Assembly (NCBI GenBank): GCA_944350365.1
Contig: CALVOU010000002.1
Coordinates: 7,290-71,289, forward strand
Direction of reading: 5' to 3'
Source: an uncultured Bacilli bacterium
Lineage (GTDB): Bacteria; Bacillota_I; Bacilli_A; RF39; UBA660
Length of the DNA: 64,000 nucleotides
The notes under the pieces were generated by a model. It saw only the letters and a program-made list of their open reading frames with translations, was not told where the DNA came from and ran no database searches. Positions within the stretch are counted from its first letter, which is position 1, and the number at the start of each line of letters is the position of its first letter. The position numbers and the translations under genes were made by a program. This document shows, piece by piece, positions 46,923 to 57,544 of the stretch.

Positions 46923-47279
46923 ATGATCAAAAAAATTTCTCGCAATGAAATGCGTAAAGTAAGACATGAAAGAGTAAGAAATAAGATCGTTGGTACTGCT
47001 GAAGTACCTAGATTATGTGTTTTCCGCTCAAATAAAAATATCTCTGCGCAAATCATCGATGATGAAAATGGTATTACTTTAGCAAGTGCTTCATCATTAA
47101 GTCTAAAATTAGAAAATGGTGGCAATAAAGAAGCTGCTACTAAAGTAGGAGAACAAATCGCTTTAGAAGCAAAAAAAGCCGGAATTACTAAAGTAGTATT
47201 CGATAGAGGTGGATACCTTTATCATGGACGTGTAGAAGCATTAGCTACCGCTGCACGTGAAAAAGGATTAGAATTCTAA
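46923..47279 (+). CDS. rplR: 50S ribosomal protein L18
   Basis: 118 aa. Confidence 0.95.
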   Translation: MIKKISRNEMRKVRHERVRNKIVGTAEVPRLCVFRSNKNISAQIIDDENGITLASASSLSLKLENGGNKEAATKVGEQIALEAKKAGITKVVFDRGGYLYHGRVEALATAAREKGLEF

Positions 47280-47292
47280 TAGGAGGGAAATT

Positions 47293-47802
47293 ATGCAAAA
47301 TAGAAATAATGACCCAAAACAAAAAGAGCTAGAAGAATTAGTTGTCGAAGTAAAGTCTGTCACTAAAGTAACTAAAGGTGGACGTAAAAGACGCTTCTCA
47401 GCTTGTGTAGTTGTTGGGGATAGAAAAGGTCGCGTTGGTTTAGGAGTTGGTAAAGCCAATGAAGTACCAGATGCGATCAAAAAAGCAATTCAAGCTGCTA
47501 CTAAGAGTATCGTTAGAATTCCTTTAGTCGATGGCAGAACAATTCAGCATGAAGTAATCGGTGTAAATGGTGCTGCTAAAGTATTCCTAAAGCCTGCTGC
47601 AGCTGGTACAGGAGTAATCGCAGGTGGTGCAGTTCGTGCCGTATTAGAACTTGCTGGTGTTCATGATATCCTTTCTAAATCACTTGGAAGCCGTACCAAA
47701 TTAAATATGGCAACCGCTACGATCAATGCCTTAAAATCTGTAAAATCTATAGAAGAAGTTGCAAAATTAAGAGGAAAAACAGAAGAGGAGATTATCGGAT
47801 AA
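47293..47802 (+). CDS. rpsE: 30S ribosomal protein S5
   Basis: 169 aa. It ends with TAATG, overlapping the rplO start. Confidence 0.95.
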   Translation: MQNRNNDPKQKELEELVVEVKSVTKVTKGGRKRRFSACVVVGDRKGRVGLGVGKANEVPDAIKKAIQAATKSIVRIPLVDGRTIQHEVIGVNGAAKVFLKPAAAGTGVIAGGAVRAVLELAGVHDILSKSLGSRTKLNMATATINALKSVKSIEEVAKLRGKTEEEIIG

Positions 47803-48245
47803 TGAAGTTACATGAATTAGTAGCTAATGAAGGAGCTACACATAAGAAAAAAAGACTAGGTAGCGGTCGTGGTAGTGGTTTAGGAAAAACATCAGGAAAA
47901 GGACAAAAAGGACAAAAAGCCCGTAGCGGAGGCGGAAAAGGTGCTGTATTCGAAGGTGGACAATTACCATTATACAGACGTCTTCCAAAACGTGGATTTA
48001 CAAACGCAAAATTCAAAGTAGAATATGCAGTAATCAACTTAGACGATCTTAATCGCTTTGAAGATGGTACAGTAGTAACTCCTGCTTTACTAAAAGAAGT
48101 AGGATTAATCAAAAATCAATTAGACGGAATTAAAGTACTAGGAACAGGAGAATTAACGAAAAAGCTTACTATTCAAGCGAATAAATTTTCTGCTAGTGCA
48201 CTAGTAAAAATCGAAAAGTCAGGAAGTAAAGCCGAGGTGATCTAA
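47802..48245 (+). CDS. rplO: 50S ribosomal protein L15
   Basis: 147 aa. It directly follows rpsE with no rpmD between. Confidence 0.95.
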   Translation: MKLHELVANEGATHKKKRLGSGRGSGLGKTSGKGQKGQKARSGGGKGAVFEGGQLPLYRRLPKRGFTNAKFKVEYAVINLDDLNRFEDGTVVTPALLKEVGLIKNQLDGIKVLGTGELTKKLTIQANKFSASALVKIEKSGSKAEVI

Positions 48246-48246
48246 T

Positions 48247-49527
48247 ATGTTTCAAACTTTGAAACAATTATTTGCACCGACGAATAAAGATTTACGAAAA
48301 AGAATCGGTTTTACGTTGGTTGCCTTAATGATCTTCGTGATTGGAACTTCGATTCGAGTTCCAGGAACACCAGAAATCACCAGTAATTTAGGATTTCTAG
48401 ATTTGATCAATGTTATGGGTGGTGGATCTTTACGTAATTTCTCAATTTTTGCGTTAGGCGTAATGCCTTATATCTCGGCATCCATCATCATGCAATTATT
48501 ACAGTTAGACATCATTCCTTATTTTAGTGAGCTAAATAAACAAGGACCAGTTGGAAGACAAAAAATCAATCAAATTACTAGATATATGGGAATCATATTC
48601 GCCTTCATTGAAGGATTTGCCTTTTCATTCGCATTCTTCGATGCGCCAAGTGCGATAGATCACCTATATATCGCCACTATATTGACAGCAGGTACTGCCT
48701 TTACTCTTTGGTTAGGAGATAGAATCACCAAGAAGGGTATTGGTAATGGTATGAGCTTAATCATTATGGCTGGTATTATCAAAGAGTTACCAACGATGTT
48801 TATTCAAGCATTTCAGGGATTAATTACAAACTCCGATTTGGCATTAGGCTTAGGAATCGCTTTATTTGTACTCTTCATCATTGTATATTTCGTCATTATC
48901 ATCGGTGTTATTTGGGTACAAGAAGCAGATCGTAAAATTCCTATTCAATATGCCAATAAAACATCAAGTGCTTATGGAAATCCACAGAGTTACATGCCAA
49001 TTAAAATTAACTCAGCTGGCGTTGTACCTGTCATCTTTGCCTCTAGCTTTCTAGCGATTCCGACAACAATTGCTCAATTAAGTGGCAATCAAGGATTCAT
49101 TGATTTCTGTAATAATTACTTATCTTATTCAACACCAGTAGGACTTATCATTTATATATTCTTAATTTTCTTCTTTGGATATTTCTATACATTTATCCAA
49201 ATTAAACCAGAAGAATTATCTAAGAATTTACAACAGAATGGTGGTTATATTCCAGGTATTAGACCAGGTGTGGAAACAGAAAATTATGTTAGTAAAATTT
49301 TATCTAGATTAACAGTAGTTGGCTCGATTTTCTTAGTGATCATAGCTATCTTACCTATTCTTTTCACAGCGTTAGTTAATCTATCAGATAAAATCTCTGT
49401 ACCAGCTAGTGTAACTATAGGTGGTACTGGACTTCTAATCGTCGTTGGTGTTGCGCTAGAGACATATAAACAACTTGAAGGAAGCCTTGTGACTAGAAGT
49501 TATCGTAAAAGCTATAGGAGACATTAA
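48247..49527 (+). CDS. secY: Preprotein translocase subunit SecY
   Basis: 426 aa with 10 TM segments and conserved SecY blocks. Confidence 0.95.
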   Translation: MFQTLKQLFAPTNKDLRKRIGFTLVALMIFVIGTSIRVPGTPEITSNLGFLDLINVMGGGSLRNFSIFALGVMPYISASIIMQLLQLDIIPYFSELNKQGPVGRQKINQITRYMGIIFAFIEGFAFSFAFFDAPSAIDHLYIATILTAGTAFTLWLGDRITKKGIGNGMSLIIMAGIIKELPTMFIQAFQGLITNSDLALGLGIALFVLFIIVYFVIIIGVIWVQEADRKIPIQYANKTSSAYGNPQSYMPIKINSAGVVPVIFASSFLAIPTTIAQLSGNQGFIDFCNNYLSYSTPVGLIIYIFLIFFFGYFYTFIQIKPEELSKNLQQNGGYIPGIRPGVETENYVSKILSRLTVVGSIFLVIIAILPILFTALVNLSDKISVPASVTIGGTGLLIVVGVALETYKQLEGSLVTRSYRKSYRRH

Positions 49528-49530
49528 TCG

Positions 49531-50190
49531 ATGAATATTATTCTATTAGCGCCCCCCGCTGCCGGGAAGGGAACTCAAGCAAAATTTTTAGAAAATGAAT
49601 ATCATTTAAATCACTTATCAACAGGAGACTTGCTTCGTCAAGTAGCTCGTGAAGATAGTGAATTAGGACAGAAAGTAAAAGAAACCTTATCGAATGGGAA
49701 TTTAGTTAGTGATGAAATCATCTTCCAATTAATTGATCATTACATGGCAGAAACTAAGAACCATCAGTTCTTATTTGATGGGTTTCCAAGAAATATTCTT
49801 CAAGCACAAACGCTCGATGATATCTTAAGTGAAAGATGTGAAAAAATCGATGCCGTATTTTTGTTAGATGTAACAGAAGAGTGTTTGAAAAAAAGAATAA
49901 CAGGCAGAAGACTATGTAAAAATTGCGGTGCAATTTACAATGTTACAGAACCCTCGTTAAAACCAAAAAATGAGTCTATTTGTGATAAATGTGGACATGA
50001 GTTATACCAAAGAGAAGATGATAACGAAAAATCATTTGAAATAAGGTATCGTGAATACAAAAAACAAACTGAGCCTTTGATCGAATACTATCGTAAACAG
50101 AATAAACTTTATTCGATCGATAGTATGGCAAAGGCCGAAGAAGTCTTCCATCGAATTACATCTATCATAGAAAAAGAGATGATTAAATGA
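49531..50190 (+). CDS. adk: Adenylate kinase (zinc-lid form)
   Basis: GAPGAGKGTQA-like P-loop (PPAAGKGTQA) and a lid with CKNCGAIYN...CDKCGHEL. Confidence 0.95.
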   Translation: MNIILLAPPAAGKGTQAKFLENEYHLNHLSTGDLLRQVAREDSELGQKVKETLSNGNLVSDEIIFQLIDHYMAETKNHQFLFDGFPRNILQAQTLDDILSERCEKIDAVFLLDVTEECLKKRITGRRLCKNCGAIYNVTEPSLKPKNESICDKCGHELYQREDDNEKSFEIRYREYKKQTEPLIEYYRKQNKLYSIDSMAKAEEVFHRITSIIEKEMIK

Positions 50191-50933
50191 TTACGATAAA
50201 AAGTAATAGAGAAATCGAATTGATGAAGCAAGCTGGTAATATTGTTTATCAGACTCATCAATACCTAAAACCGTTCTTAAAAGAAGGAATTACAACGGAA
50301 GAAATTGATCGACTTGCGGAAAAGTTTATTCGTAGTAAAAACGCAACGCCTTCTTTTAAGGGGTATGACGGTTTCCCTGGAAGTGTCTGTACGAGTATTA
50401 ATAATCAAGTTGTACATGGTATTCCTGGGAAGACAAAATTAAAAAATGGTGATATCATATCGATAGATATCGGTGCTTGCTATAAAGGGTTTCATGGAGA
50501 TTCCGCTTGGACTTATGCAGTAGGCGAAGTGGATGAAGAAAAAAAATACTTAATGGAACATACAGAAAAGGCATTGTTCGAAGGGCTAAAACAAGTAAAA
50601 CCTGGTAATAGAGTTGGGGATATTGGTTATGCAATCGAACAATACGCGTTAAAACACAACCTTGGCGTAGTAAAAGAACTAGTCGGTCATGGTGTGGGAA
50701 CAGATGTTCATGAAGATCCAGAAGTACCTAACTATGGGAAAGCGGGAACAGGTCCATTACTAAAAAAAGGAATGGTCATTGCCGTTGAACCGATGTTAAA
50801 TTTAGGAACAGCAGATATATATATGCTCGATGATGACTGGACAGTAGAAACCGCCGATGGCAAACCTTCGGCCCATTATGAACATACTGTAGCGGTAACC
50901 GAAGATGGATATCAAATTTTGACGGGAGAGTGA
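50187..50933 (+). CDS. map: Type I methionine aminopeptidase
   Basis: 248 aa with metal ligands in [12 protein letters not shown] / HGVG / EPM. Confidence 0.95.
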   Translation: MITIKSNREIELMKQAGNIVYQTHQYLKPFLKEGITTEEIDRLAEKFIRSKNATPSFKGYDGFPGSVCTSINNQVVHGIPGKTKLKNGDIISIDIGACYKGFHGDSAWTYAVGEVDEEKKYLMEHTEKALFEGLKQVKPGNRVGDIGYAIEQYALKHNLGVVKELVGHGVGTDVHEDPEVPNYGKAGTGPLLKKGMVIAVEPMLNLGTADIYMLDDDWTVETADGKPSAHYEHTVAVTEDGYQILTGE

Positions 50934-50940
50934 AAATCGA

Positions 50941-51156
50941 ATGGCTAAAGATGATATTATAGAAGTAGAAGGAAAAGTTCTAGAAATCATACCAGGTGGC
51001 AAGTTTAAAGTTCAAATAGAAAATGGTCACATTGTAGAAGCCCATGTTTCTGGTAAAATCCGAATGAACTACATTCGCATTTTACCAGGTGACACCGTAG
51101 TAGTCGAATTATCGCCTTACGACCCAAAACATGGACGGATAACCTATAGAAAGTAG
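50941..51156 (+). CDS. infA: Translation initiation factor IF-1
   Basis: 71 aa with an S1-like fold sequence. Confidence 0.95.
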   Translation: MAKDDIIEVEGKVLEIIPGGKFKVQIENGHIVEAHVSGKIRMNYIRILPGDTVVVELSPYDPKHGRITYRK

Positions 51157-51167
51157 GAGGGATTATA

Positions 51168-51281
51168 ATGAAAGTAAAAGCATCTGTAAAACCAATGTGT
51201 GCAAAGTGCAGAGTAATCAGAAGAAAAGGTAAAGTGATGATTATCTGTGAAAATCCAAAGCACAAACAAAAACAAGGATAA
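51168..51281 (+). CDS. rpmJ: 50S ribosomal protein L36
   Basis: [37 protein letters not shown], with RBS GGAGGG. It is 37 aa and is not in the ORF track. Confidence 0.9.
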   Translation: MKVKASVKPMCAKCRVIRRKGKVMIICENPKHKQKQG

Positions 51282-51299
51282 TAATTAGGAGGTGTATGT

Positions 51300-51665
51300 A
51301 TGGCACGTATTAAAGGAATCGATCTACCTAACGAGAAACACGTATCTATCGCATTGACAAGTATCTATGGAATAGGAAGAAAATTAGCACTTACAATTTG
51401 TAAAGACGCTAAAGTAGAACCTAGCAAAAAAGCAAAAGACTTGGATAATGAAGAATTAGTACGCTTACGTGAAGAAGTAAACAAATATACAACAGAAGGT
51501 GATCTTCGTCGTGAAGTAAATATGAACATCAAAACGAAGATGGAGATTAATTCTTACCAAGGTAGAATGCATAAAAGAGGTCTACCAGTAAGAGGACAAA
51601 GAACTAGTAGAAATGCACGTACTCGTAAAGGAAAACCAAAAACAATCGCAAATAAAAAGAAATAA
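51300..51665 (+). CDS. rpsM: 30S ribosomal protein S13
   Basis: 121 aa. Confidence 0.95.
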   Translation: MARIKGIDLPNEKHVSIALTSIYGIGRKLALTICKDAKVEPSKKAKDLDNEELVRLREEVNKYTTEGDLRREVNMNIKTKMEINSYQGRMHKRGLPVRGQRTSRNARTRKGKPKTIANKKK

Positions 51666-51691
51666 AATAGTTAGAAATGGAGGTCAGACTT

Positions 51692-52075
51692 ATGGCATAT
51701 AAAACAAGAAAAAGAAAAGTCAAAAAGAATGTACCTGAAGGAGTAGCTCATATTCATTCCACATTCAATAATACAATTGTAACCATTACCGATAAAGATG
51801 GTAATGCAATTAGCTGGGCTAGTAGTGGTGCTATCGGTTTCAAAGGTAGCAAAAAATCTACACCATTCGCAGCAGGTATGGCAGCAGAGGCTGCAGGAAA
51901 AGCTGCTTACGATATTGGAATGCGTAAAGTAGAGATATTCGTAAAGGGTATGGGTCCTGGACGTGAAACAGCTATTCGTTCATTACAGACAGCGGGATTA
52001 GAAGTTACTTCAATTTCTGATGTAACACCAATTCCACATAATGGATGTCGTCCACCAAAACGCCCACGTGGGTAA
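51692..52075 (+). CDS. rpsK: 30S ribosomal protein S11
   Basis: Start at the ATG after AAATGGAGG: [28 protein letters not shown]. Confidence 0.95.
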   Translation: MAYKTRKRKVKKNVPEGVAHIHSTFNNTIVTITDKDGNAISWASSGAIGFKGSKKSTPFAAGMAAEAAGKAAYDIGMRKVEIFVKGMGPGRETAIRSLQTAGLEVTSISDVTPIPHNGCRPPKRPRG

Positions 52076-52095
52076 TGAAAAAGGAGGAAAGTTTC

Positions 52096-53046
52096 ATGTT
52101 ACAATTTGAAAAACCAGTATACAAAATTACTGATTATGTAGAAAGTAATTTTTATGGAAAATTTGAACTAGAACCACTAGAGAGAGGATTTGGAACTACA
52201 CTTGGTAATGCTCTACGTAGAGTAATGTTATCTTCACTACCAGGTAGTGCGATCACAAGTGTAAAAATCGAAGGTGTTTCTCATGAATTTCAAACGATCG
52301 ATGGCGTAATCGAAGATGTTTCTTTGATTGTATTAAATTTAAAAGATATCGTCATTAAAAATCATACGAAAGAAAATAAAGTTCTTCACTTAAATGTGAA
52401 TAAAGAAGGTCCAGTTACAGCTGGAGATATCGAAAAAGATGCAGATATCGAAATTCTAAATCCTGATAAAGTAATTGCTAATATTGCTAAGGGTGGCAGT
52501 TTAGTAATGGAAATGACAGTGGGAAATGGTAGAGGATATGTAAAAAGTGATGATAATAAAAAGCTTTTAACTGACAAGAAAGTTGGTACTATCGCTATCG
52601 ATTCATTGTATTCTCCAATTGAAAGAGTATCATACGAAGTACAACCTGCCAGAGTAGGACAAGATGAAAGTTATGATAAATTAGTTCTAGAAGTGTGGAC
52701 AAATGGTTCTATGAAGCCAGAAGAAGCAATTGCTTTAGCTTCTCGTATCTTAATCGAACATTTCCAACTATTAACCGATTTAAGTAATATTGCCGATGTA
52801 ACAGGTTTAATGATCGAGAAAACAGAAGATCCTAAAGTAAAAGCTTTAGAAACAACAATCGAAGATTTAGACTTCTCAGTTCGTGCTTATAATTGTTTAA
52901 AACGAGCTGGTATTCATACGCTTCAAGATTTAGTCAACAAATCAGAAGCTGACATGATGAAAATTCGTAATTTAGGAAAGAAATCCCTAAAAGAAGTATT
53001 AGATAAAGTAAGAGATTTAGGATTAATACTTCGCGATAATGACTAA
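52096..53046 (+). CDS. rpoA: DNA-directed RNA polymerase subunit alpha
   Basis: Start at the ATG after AAGGAGGAAA. The N-terminal domain has GFGTTLGNALRR and a C-terminal alpha-CTD is present. Confidence 0.95.
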   Translation: MLQFEKPVYKITDYVESNFYGKFELEPLERGFGTTLGNALRRVMLSSLPGSAITSVKIEGVSHEFQTIDGVIEDVSLIVLNLKDIVIKNHTKENKVLHLNVNKEGPVTAGDIEKDADIEILNPDKVIANIAKGGSLVMEMTVGNGRGYVKSDDNKKLLTDKKVGTIAIDSLYSPIERVSYEVQPARVGQDESYDKLVLEVWTNGSMKPEEAIALASRILIEHFQLLTDLSNIADVTGLMIEKTEDPKVKALETTIEDLDFSVRAYNCLKRAGIHTLQDLVNKSEADMMKIRNLGKKSLKEVLDKVRDLGLILRDND

Positions 53047-53065
53047 TTAGTAAGGAGGATAGATT

Positions 53066-53410
53066 ATGGCATACCGAAAATTAGGCCGTGATAACAAACA
53101 TAGAAGAAGCTTATTAGCCAATCAAACTAAAGATGTTATCATGAATGAGAGAATCACAACGACAGAAACACGCGCAAAAGAAGTACGTAAATTCGTAGAC
53201 AAAATGATCTCTTATGGAAAAGATGGTAGTTTAGTAGCTAGAAGAAAAGCTTTAGCATTTCTTCATAACGATACTGAAGCAGTCAAGAAAGTATTCGACG
53301 AATTAGCCCCTCGTTATCAAGAAAGAAATGGTGGGTATACAAGAATCGTTAAATTGACTGAAAGAAGAGGCGACGACGCCTTAATGGTAATTTTAGAATT
53401 AGTAAAATAG
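53066..53410 (+). CDS. rplQ: 50S ribosomal protein L17
   Basis: 114 aa. Confidence 0.95.
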   Translation: MAYRKLGRDNKHRRSLLANQTKDVIMNERITTTETRAKEVRKFVDKMISYGKDGSLVARRKALAFLHNDTEAVKKVFDELAPRYQERNGGYTRIVKLTERRGDDALMVILELVK

Positions 53411-53420
53411 TAAGTTCTTT

Positions 53421-53449
53421 AAGTTCTCTTGAAGGACTTCTTTTTTTTG
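53421..53449 (+). terminator. Intrinsic terminator AAGTTC-7 nt-GGACTT (one G-U pair) followed by CTTTTTTTT
   Basis: Seen directly after the rplQ stop. Confidence 0.55.
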
Positions 53450-53492
53450 ATAAAAATGTGATAAGATAGATAGTGAAATGGTGGGATATAAA

Positions 53493-54290
53493 ATGGATAT
53501 TAAAATAATTGCGATGGACTTAGATGGGACGCTATTAACGGATGAGAAAACAGTAACACCACTTACTAAAGAAGTGTTACACAAGTGTAGAGAATTAGGC
53601 TATAAAGTAGTGGCAGTAACCGCTAGAATATTAACTAGTCTAGAAAATGCTTGCGAAACGGAATTATTTGATGACCTTATTTTAAACAATGGAGGGTGTA
53701 TTTATCATTGTGAAAATTCATCTATCCAAATTAAAGGAGAGATTTCCTTGCCACTCGTACAAGAAATAAAAGAAGAGGTAGAGCCATTTTGTGAGAAAAT
53801 AGATTTCTGTACGAATAAGACCTACTATATCTACAAACAAAAGAGTAATGCCAATAAACCATTCATTATCGATGTTGACTCTTTAGACGAAGTAAAAGAA
53901 ACCATTATGAGAATGAATGTCTACTTCCAAGAGGATACCAAGCTAGAAGCCTATCGAGATAGGATAAAAGAGAAATATCCTGATCTAAATTGTTTCCTCA
54001 TGCAGGGATCAGATGATAAATCAGGATGGCTCGTCATCAATCCTAAAGGAATAAGTAAGTTCACTACATTATTAGATTACGCTACTGAAAGAGGAATAAA
54101 AGAAACGCAAATTCTCTACTTTGGAGATGGTCTTAACGATTTAGAAGTAATGAATTCAAATGTCTATAGTGTTGCTATGGGAAATGCTTTACCTGAAGTG
54201 AAAAAAGTATCCAAAGAAATCACCCTAACGAATAATGAAGATGGAATCGGCAAATTTTTAAGTAAACGATTAATACGAAAAGAAGACTAA
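53493..54290 (+). CDS. Cof-type HAD-IIB family hydrolase
   Basis: IAMDLDGTLL and FGDGLNDLEVM motifs. Start at ATG 53493, which has a GGTGGG RBS. Confidence 0.8.
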   Translation: MDIKIIAMDLDGTLLTDEKTVTPLTKEVLHKCRELGYKVVAVTARILTSLENACETELFDDLILNNGGCIYHCENSSIQIKGEISLPLVQEIKEEVEPFCEKIDFCTNKTYYIYKQKSNANKPFIIDVDSLDEVKETIMRMNVYFQEDTKLEAYRDRIKEKYPDLNCFLMQGSDDKSGWLVINPKGISKFTTLLDYATERGIKETQILYFGDGLNDLEVMNSNVYSVAMGNALPEVKKVSKEITLTNNEDGIGKFLSKRLIRKED

Positions 54291-54356
54291 TTTTCTATAT
54301 AAAAACTGTTTCAAAAATACATAAACCAGTGGTATAATAAAAATAGGTGGTATAAT

Positions 54357-55115
54357 ATGAAGGCATTAGTTACAGGAGCATCTTCAGGAATCGGCAGAGA
54401 AATGGCAAAGTATCTAGATCACTTAGGGTATGAGTTGATTATTGTTGCAAGAAGCAAAGAGAAACTAGAACAGCTAGCTTCTACATTGAGCAAGAAACCA
54501 AAAATTATTGTGATGGATTTAATGTTAGAATCTAATATTAAGTCGCTTTATGTTCTAACTAAAAATGAAAATATCGATATCCTAATTAATAATGCCGGCT
54601 TTGGCACTTTTGGAACCTTTACCGAAACAGAATTAACAACAGAGTTAGAGATGATCGATCTAAATATTAAAACCGTTCATATGTTAACTAAGATGTTCTT
54701 AAAAGATATGAAGAAAAAAGATAAAGGATATATTCTTAATGTCGCATCAACTGCTGCTTTTCAACCTGGACCTTTGATGGCGACGTATTATAGTACAAAA
54801 GCTTATGTATTACGTTTGACAGAAGCGATATATTATGAACTAAAGAAAGAAAATTCGAATGTACATATTTCCTGTCTATGCCCAGGACCAGTCGATACGA
54901 ACTTTAACCAAGTAGCTGGCGTATCTTTCGCAGTAAAACCAAAATCCGCTGAAGAAGTTAGTCGCTATGCGATCGATCAGATGTTAAAGAATAAAATGTT
55001 AATCGTACCTGGCTTCAAAATGAAATGTGTAAAATTCTTTGGTCGCTTTCTATCAGATAAAACGTTAATGGCATTTGCTTATCGAATTCAAAAGAAAAAA
55101 CAAAAATCAGAATAA
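54357..55115 (+). CDS. SDR family oxidoreductase
   Basis: ALVTGASSGIGREMA, NNAG and YSTKAY (YxxxK). Confidence 0.8.
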   Translation: MKALVTGASSGIGREMAKYLDHLGYELIIVARSKEKLEQLASTLSKKPKIIVMDLMLESNIKSLYVLTKNENIDILINNAGFGTFGTFTETELTTELEMIDLNIKTVHMLTKMFLKDMKKKDKGYILNVASTAAFQPGPLMATYYSTKAYVLRLTEAIYYELKKENSNVHISCLCPGPVDTNFNQVAGVSFAVKPKSAEEVSRYAIDQMLKNKMLIVPGFKMKCVKFFGRFLSDKTLMAFAYRIQKKKQKSE

Positions 55116-55119
55116 ACTT

Positions 55120-55158
55120 AACTACATAGTAGATAAAAATTCTATTATGTAGTTTTTC
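55120..55158 (+). terminator. Strong intrinsic terminator (14-bp stem AACTACATAgTAGA / TCTAtTATGTAGTT, then TTTTT)
   Basis: Seen directly after the SDR stop. Confidence 0.7.
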
Positions 55159-55240
55159 TATCTAAAAATCCATATTATCCGCTAAAGAGGTGTATCTCAA
55201 TTAAAACAGTAACGAAAAGAGCATCTAATATGATTTTTTC

Positions 55241-55269
55241 TTGAATTTTCTGAACACTTTTAGTATAAT
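55241..55269 (+). promoter_or_regulatory. Promoter TTGAAT-17-TATAAT for the ecfA1-ecfA2-ecfT-truA unit
   Basis: Seen directly, 25 nt upstream of ATG 55294. Confidence 0.45.
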
Positions 55270-55293
55270 AGTTAAGCGATTGAGGTGGGGCTA

Positions 55294-56103
55294 ATGTCTA
55301 AGATATTAGAAATCAATAATCTTACCTTTAGCTATCCAGAAAAACCGTTATTTCATGGGCTATCGCTAGAAATAGAAGAGGGCAAATATATTACCATCAT
55401 CGGAAACAATAAAAGTGGTAAAACAACACTAATGAAATTAATTTGCGGTATCCTAAATAGTAAAGATTCGATTGTTGCTGGATATGCTTATGTAAATCAC
55501 GCTAGAATCCATGATAATTCTAGATTTTTTGGCGTGGTATTTTCTGGTGTGGACAATAAATTTTTATTCGATAATGTCTATAAAGAGATGGCCTTCCCTT
55601 TAGAAAATTTAAATATCCCAGTACCTAAGATTGAAGAAAAGATATTAGAAATAGCCAAAGAGTTCGGAATTACGAAATTTCTAGATCGTAAAATCGAAAA
55701 TTTGACTAATTCTGAAAAACAAGAATTATTAATTGCCATTGCGCTTCTACATGAACCTAAGGTATTACTTTTAGATAATGCGTTTTCGATGATGAATAAA
55801 AAGACGAAACAAAAAATACAAAAAATCTTAAATGAAAGAATCGAACGGGATAAATTAACGGTAATCTTAACAACGACGAATCTCAATGAAATTATTTCTA
55901 GTGACTATACTTACGTATTAAATAATGGAGAAATTATCATGGAAGGTAAACCAGGTAGTGTTCTACGTGAAGAAAAGATTCTAAATCGTATCGGACTAGA
56001 ATTACCGTTTATGATCGATTTATCTTTGAAATTAGAATTTTATGAATTACTAGATGATGAGATTACCGATATGGATAGGATGGTGGATACGTTATGGAAA
56101 TAA
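55294..56103 (+). CDS. ecfA1: Energy-coupling factor transporter ATPase EcfA1
   Basis: Walker A GNNKSGKTT. ABC fold; C-terminal EcfA-specific helices. Confidence 0.8.
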   Translation: MSKILEINNLTFSYPEKPLFHGLSLEIEEGKYITIIGNNKSGKTTLMKLICGILNSKDSIVAGYAYVNHARIHDNSRFFGVVFSGVDNKFLFDNVYKEMAFPLENLNIPVPKIEEKILEIAKEFGITKFLDRKIENLTNSEKQELLIAIALLHEPKVLLLDNAFSMMNKKTKQKIQKILNERIERDKLTVILTTTNLNEIISSDYTYVLNNGEIIMEGKPGSVLREEKILNRIGLELPFMIDLSLKLEFYELLDDEITDMDRMVDTLWK

Positions 56104-56903
56104 TCTTTAAAAACGTGGGCTACCGCTATAAAAATAGAAAAATCCTAGAAAAAGTAAATCTAAAGATTAGAAACAATATGATTACAGGGATAACTGGGGA
56201 TAATAAGACACTATTAATTGAATTAATTAATTCGATTACTTTTCCTAGCTATGGAGAAATTAAAATTGGGAATCAAGAAATCAATGATGATAATTTAATC
56301 GAACTAAGACGAACCGTCTGTTTAATCCGTCAAAACCCAGAAGAACAGTTCTTTACGGCTACTGTAAAAGAAGAGATGGAGTTTCTTGTTGGACGTTTAA
56401 ATTATAAAAGTAGAAACATCATTAAAAAGATGAAAGACTCGCTTCAAATTGTCGGTCTAAATGAAAAATATTTAGAAAAAGATATCTTTAAATTATCTAC
56501 AGGTGAACAGAAATTAATTCAAGTAGCGATCAGCTTGTTGTATAATCCTAATATCGTTATCTTTGATGAACCATTTGTCGAACTAGATTACACAAATAAA
56601 AAGAAGTTAATTAAGTTAATCAAACTATTGAAAGAACGTTACCATAAAACCGTGATTATCGCTAGTAATGATAGTAATATTCTATATGAATTAACTGATG
56701 ACCTAGTAGTCATTAAGAAAACTAGAATTATTGCTGCTGATGAGACTGAAAAAATCTATCAAGATGTCGATTTCCTCGTATATAACGATATCGAAATCCC
56801 AGATTTAATTGCTTTTACTGCTAAAGCTAGAGAGAAAAATGTTAAATTATCTTTTCATAAAGATATTAGAGATTTAATAAAGGATGTGTATAAACATGTT
56901 TAA
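56094..56903 (+). CDS. ecfA2: Energy-coupling factor transporter ATPase EcfA2 with degenerate Walker A/H-loop
   Basis: Signature LSTGEQKL, Walker B IVIFDEPFVELD, but P-loop GITGDNKT (no GK[ST]) and no H-loop His. Confidence 0.7.
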   Translation: MEIIFKNVGYRYKNRKILEKVNLKIRNNMITGITGDNKTLLIELINSITFPSYGEIKIGNQEINDDNLIELRRTVCLIRQNPEEQFFTATVKEEMEFLVGRLNYKSRNIIKKMKDSLQIVGLNEKYLEKDIFKLSTGEQKLIQVAISLLYNPNIVIFDEPFVELDYTNKKKLIKLIKLLKERYHKTVIIASNDSNILYELTDDLVVIKKTRIIAADETEKIYQDVDFLVYNDIEIPDLIAFTAKAREKNVKLSFHKDIRDLIKDVYKHV

Positions 56904-57543
56904 GAAAGATTCTCTTCTTTATGAAGTAAATATCATCAGTAAATTAATCTCATCACTTTTAGTGATCATCTCTTTATTATTTTTAAACTCTCCAGCTTTA
57001 ATTGTATTAGTTAGTGTTGTTTTATGTTTTTTAGCTTTAGAATTTAAATTTATTTCTAAAGTAGGAATATTCGGTGTACTTCTTTCTATCTTAGGTACTT
57101 TTTATCCACAGTTTCTGGGGATAACTAAATTCATTATTTTTATCGAATATATCATGTTAATTAAGAAAGTAACAGATTCTTCTGAATTACGATACATTCT
57201 AGAAGTAACTTTGTACAAGTTTCAAAGTAAAAAGATTACTTATCATATTCTTTATATCATTTATTTCTTCCGTTACTTAAAAAAGAATATGAAGCTTCTT
57301 GATAATTTACGAGAAGACTATGCAATTGAAAAAGACTTTTTCTATCTTCGCTTTTCTTTAAAGAAAGCACTCGCCAAGACAAAACATGAGATTCACGATT
57401 TGATGGAAATTAATGAGCTTAGATTTTACAACTATACGAGTAAACGTACTTATATTGAACGTCCAAGTTGGGAAAAATGGGATACGAACTATTTGTTATT
57501 TCATATAGCGGTATTAGTATTTGCCATAATCTACGGAGGATAA
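56884..57543 (+). CDS. ecfT: Energy-coupling factor transporter transmembrane component EcfT (CbiQ family), short form
   Basis: A polytopic membrane protein between ecfA2 and truA, the conserved ecfAAT-truA order. The start is uncertain (56884 or 56896). Confidence 0.6.
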   Translation: MCINMFKKDSLLYEVNIISKLISSLLVIISLLFLNSPALIVLVSVVLCFLALEFKFISKVGIFGVLLSILGTFYPQFLGITKFIIFIEYIMLIKKVTDSSELRYILEVTLYKFQSKKITYHILYIIYFFRYLKKNMKLLDNLREDYAIEKDFFYLRFSLKKALAKTKHEIHDLMEINELRFYNYTSKRTYIERPSWEKWDTNYLLFHIAVLVFAIIYGG

Positions 57544-57544
57544 A

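Noticed and set aside
49495-49502. Second partial lox-like 8-mer GAAGTTAT inside secY
   Set aside because: It is only an 8-nt match within a conserved coding sequence, which is consistent with chance. It does not form a second lox site.
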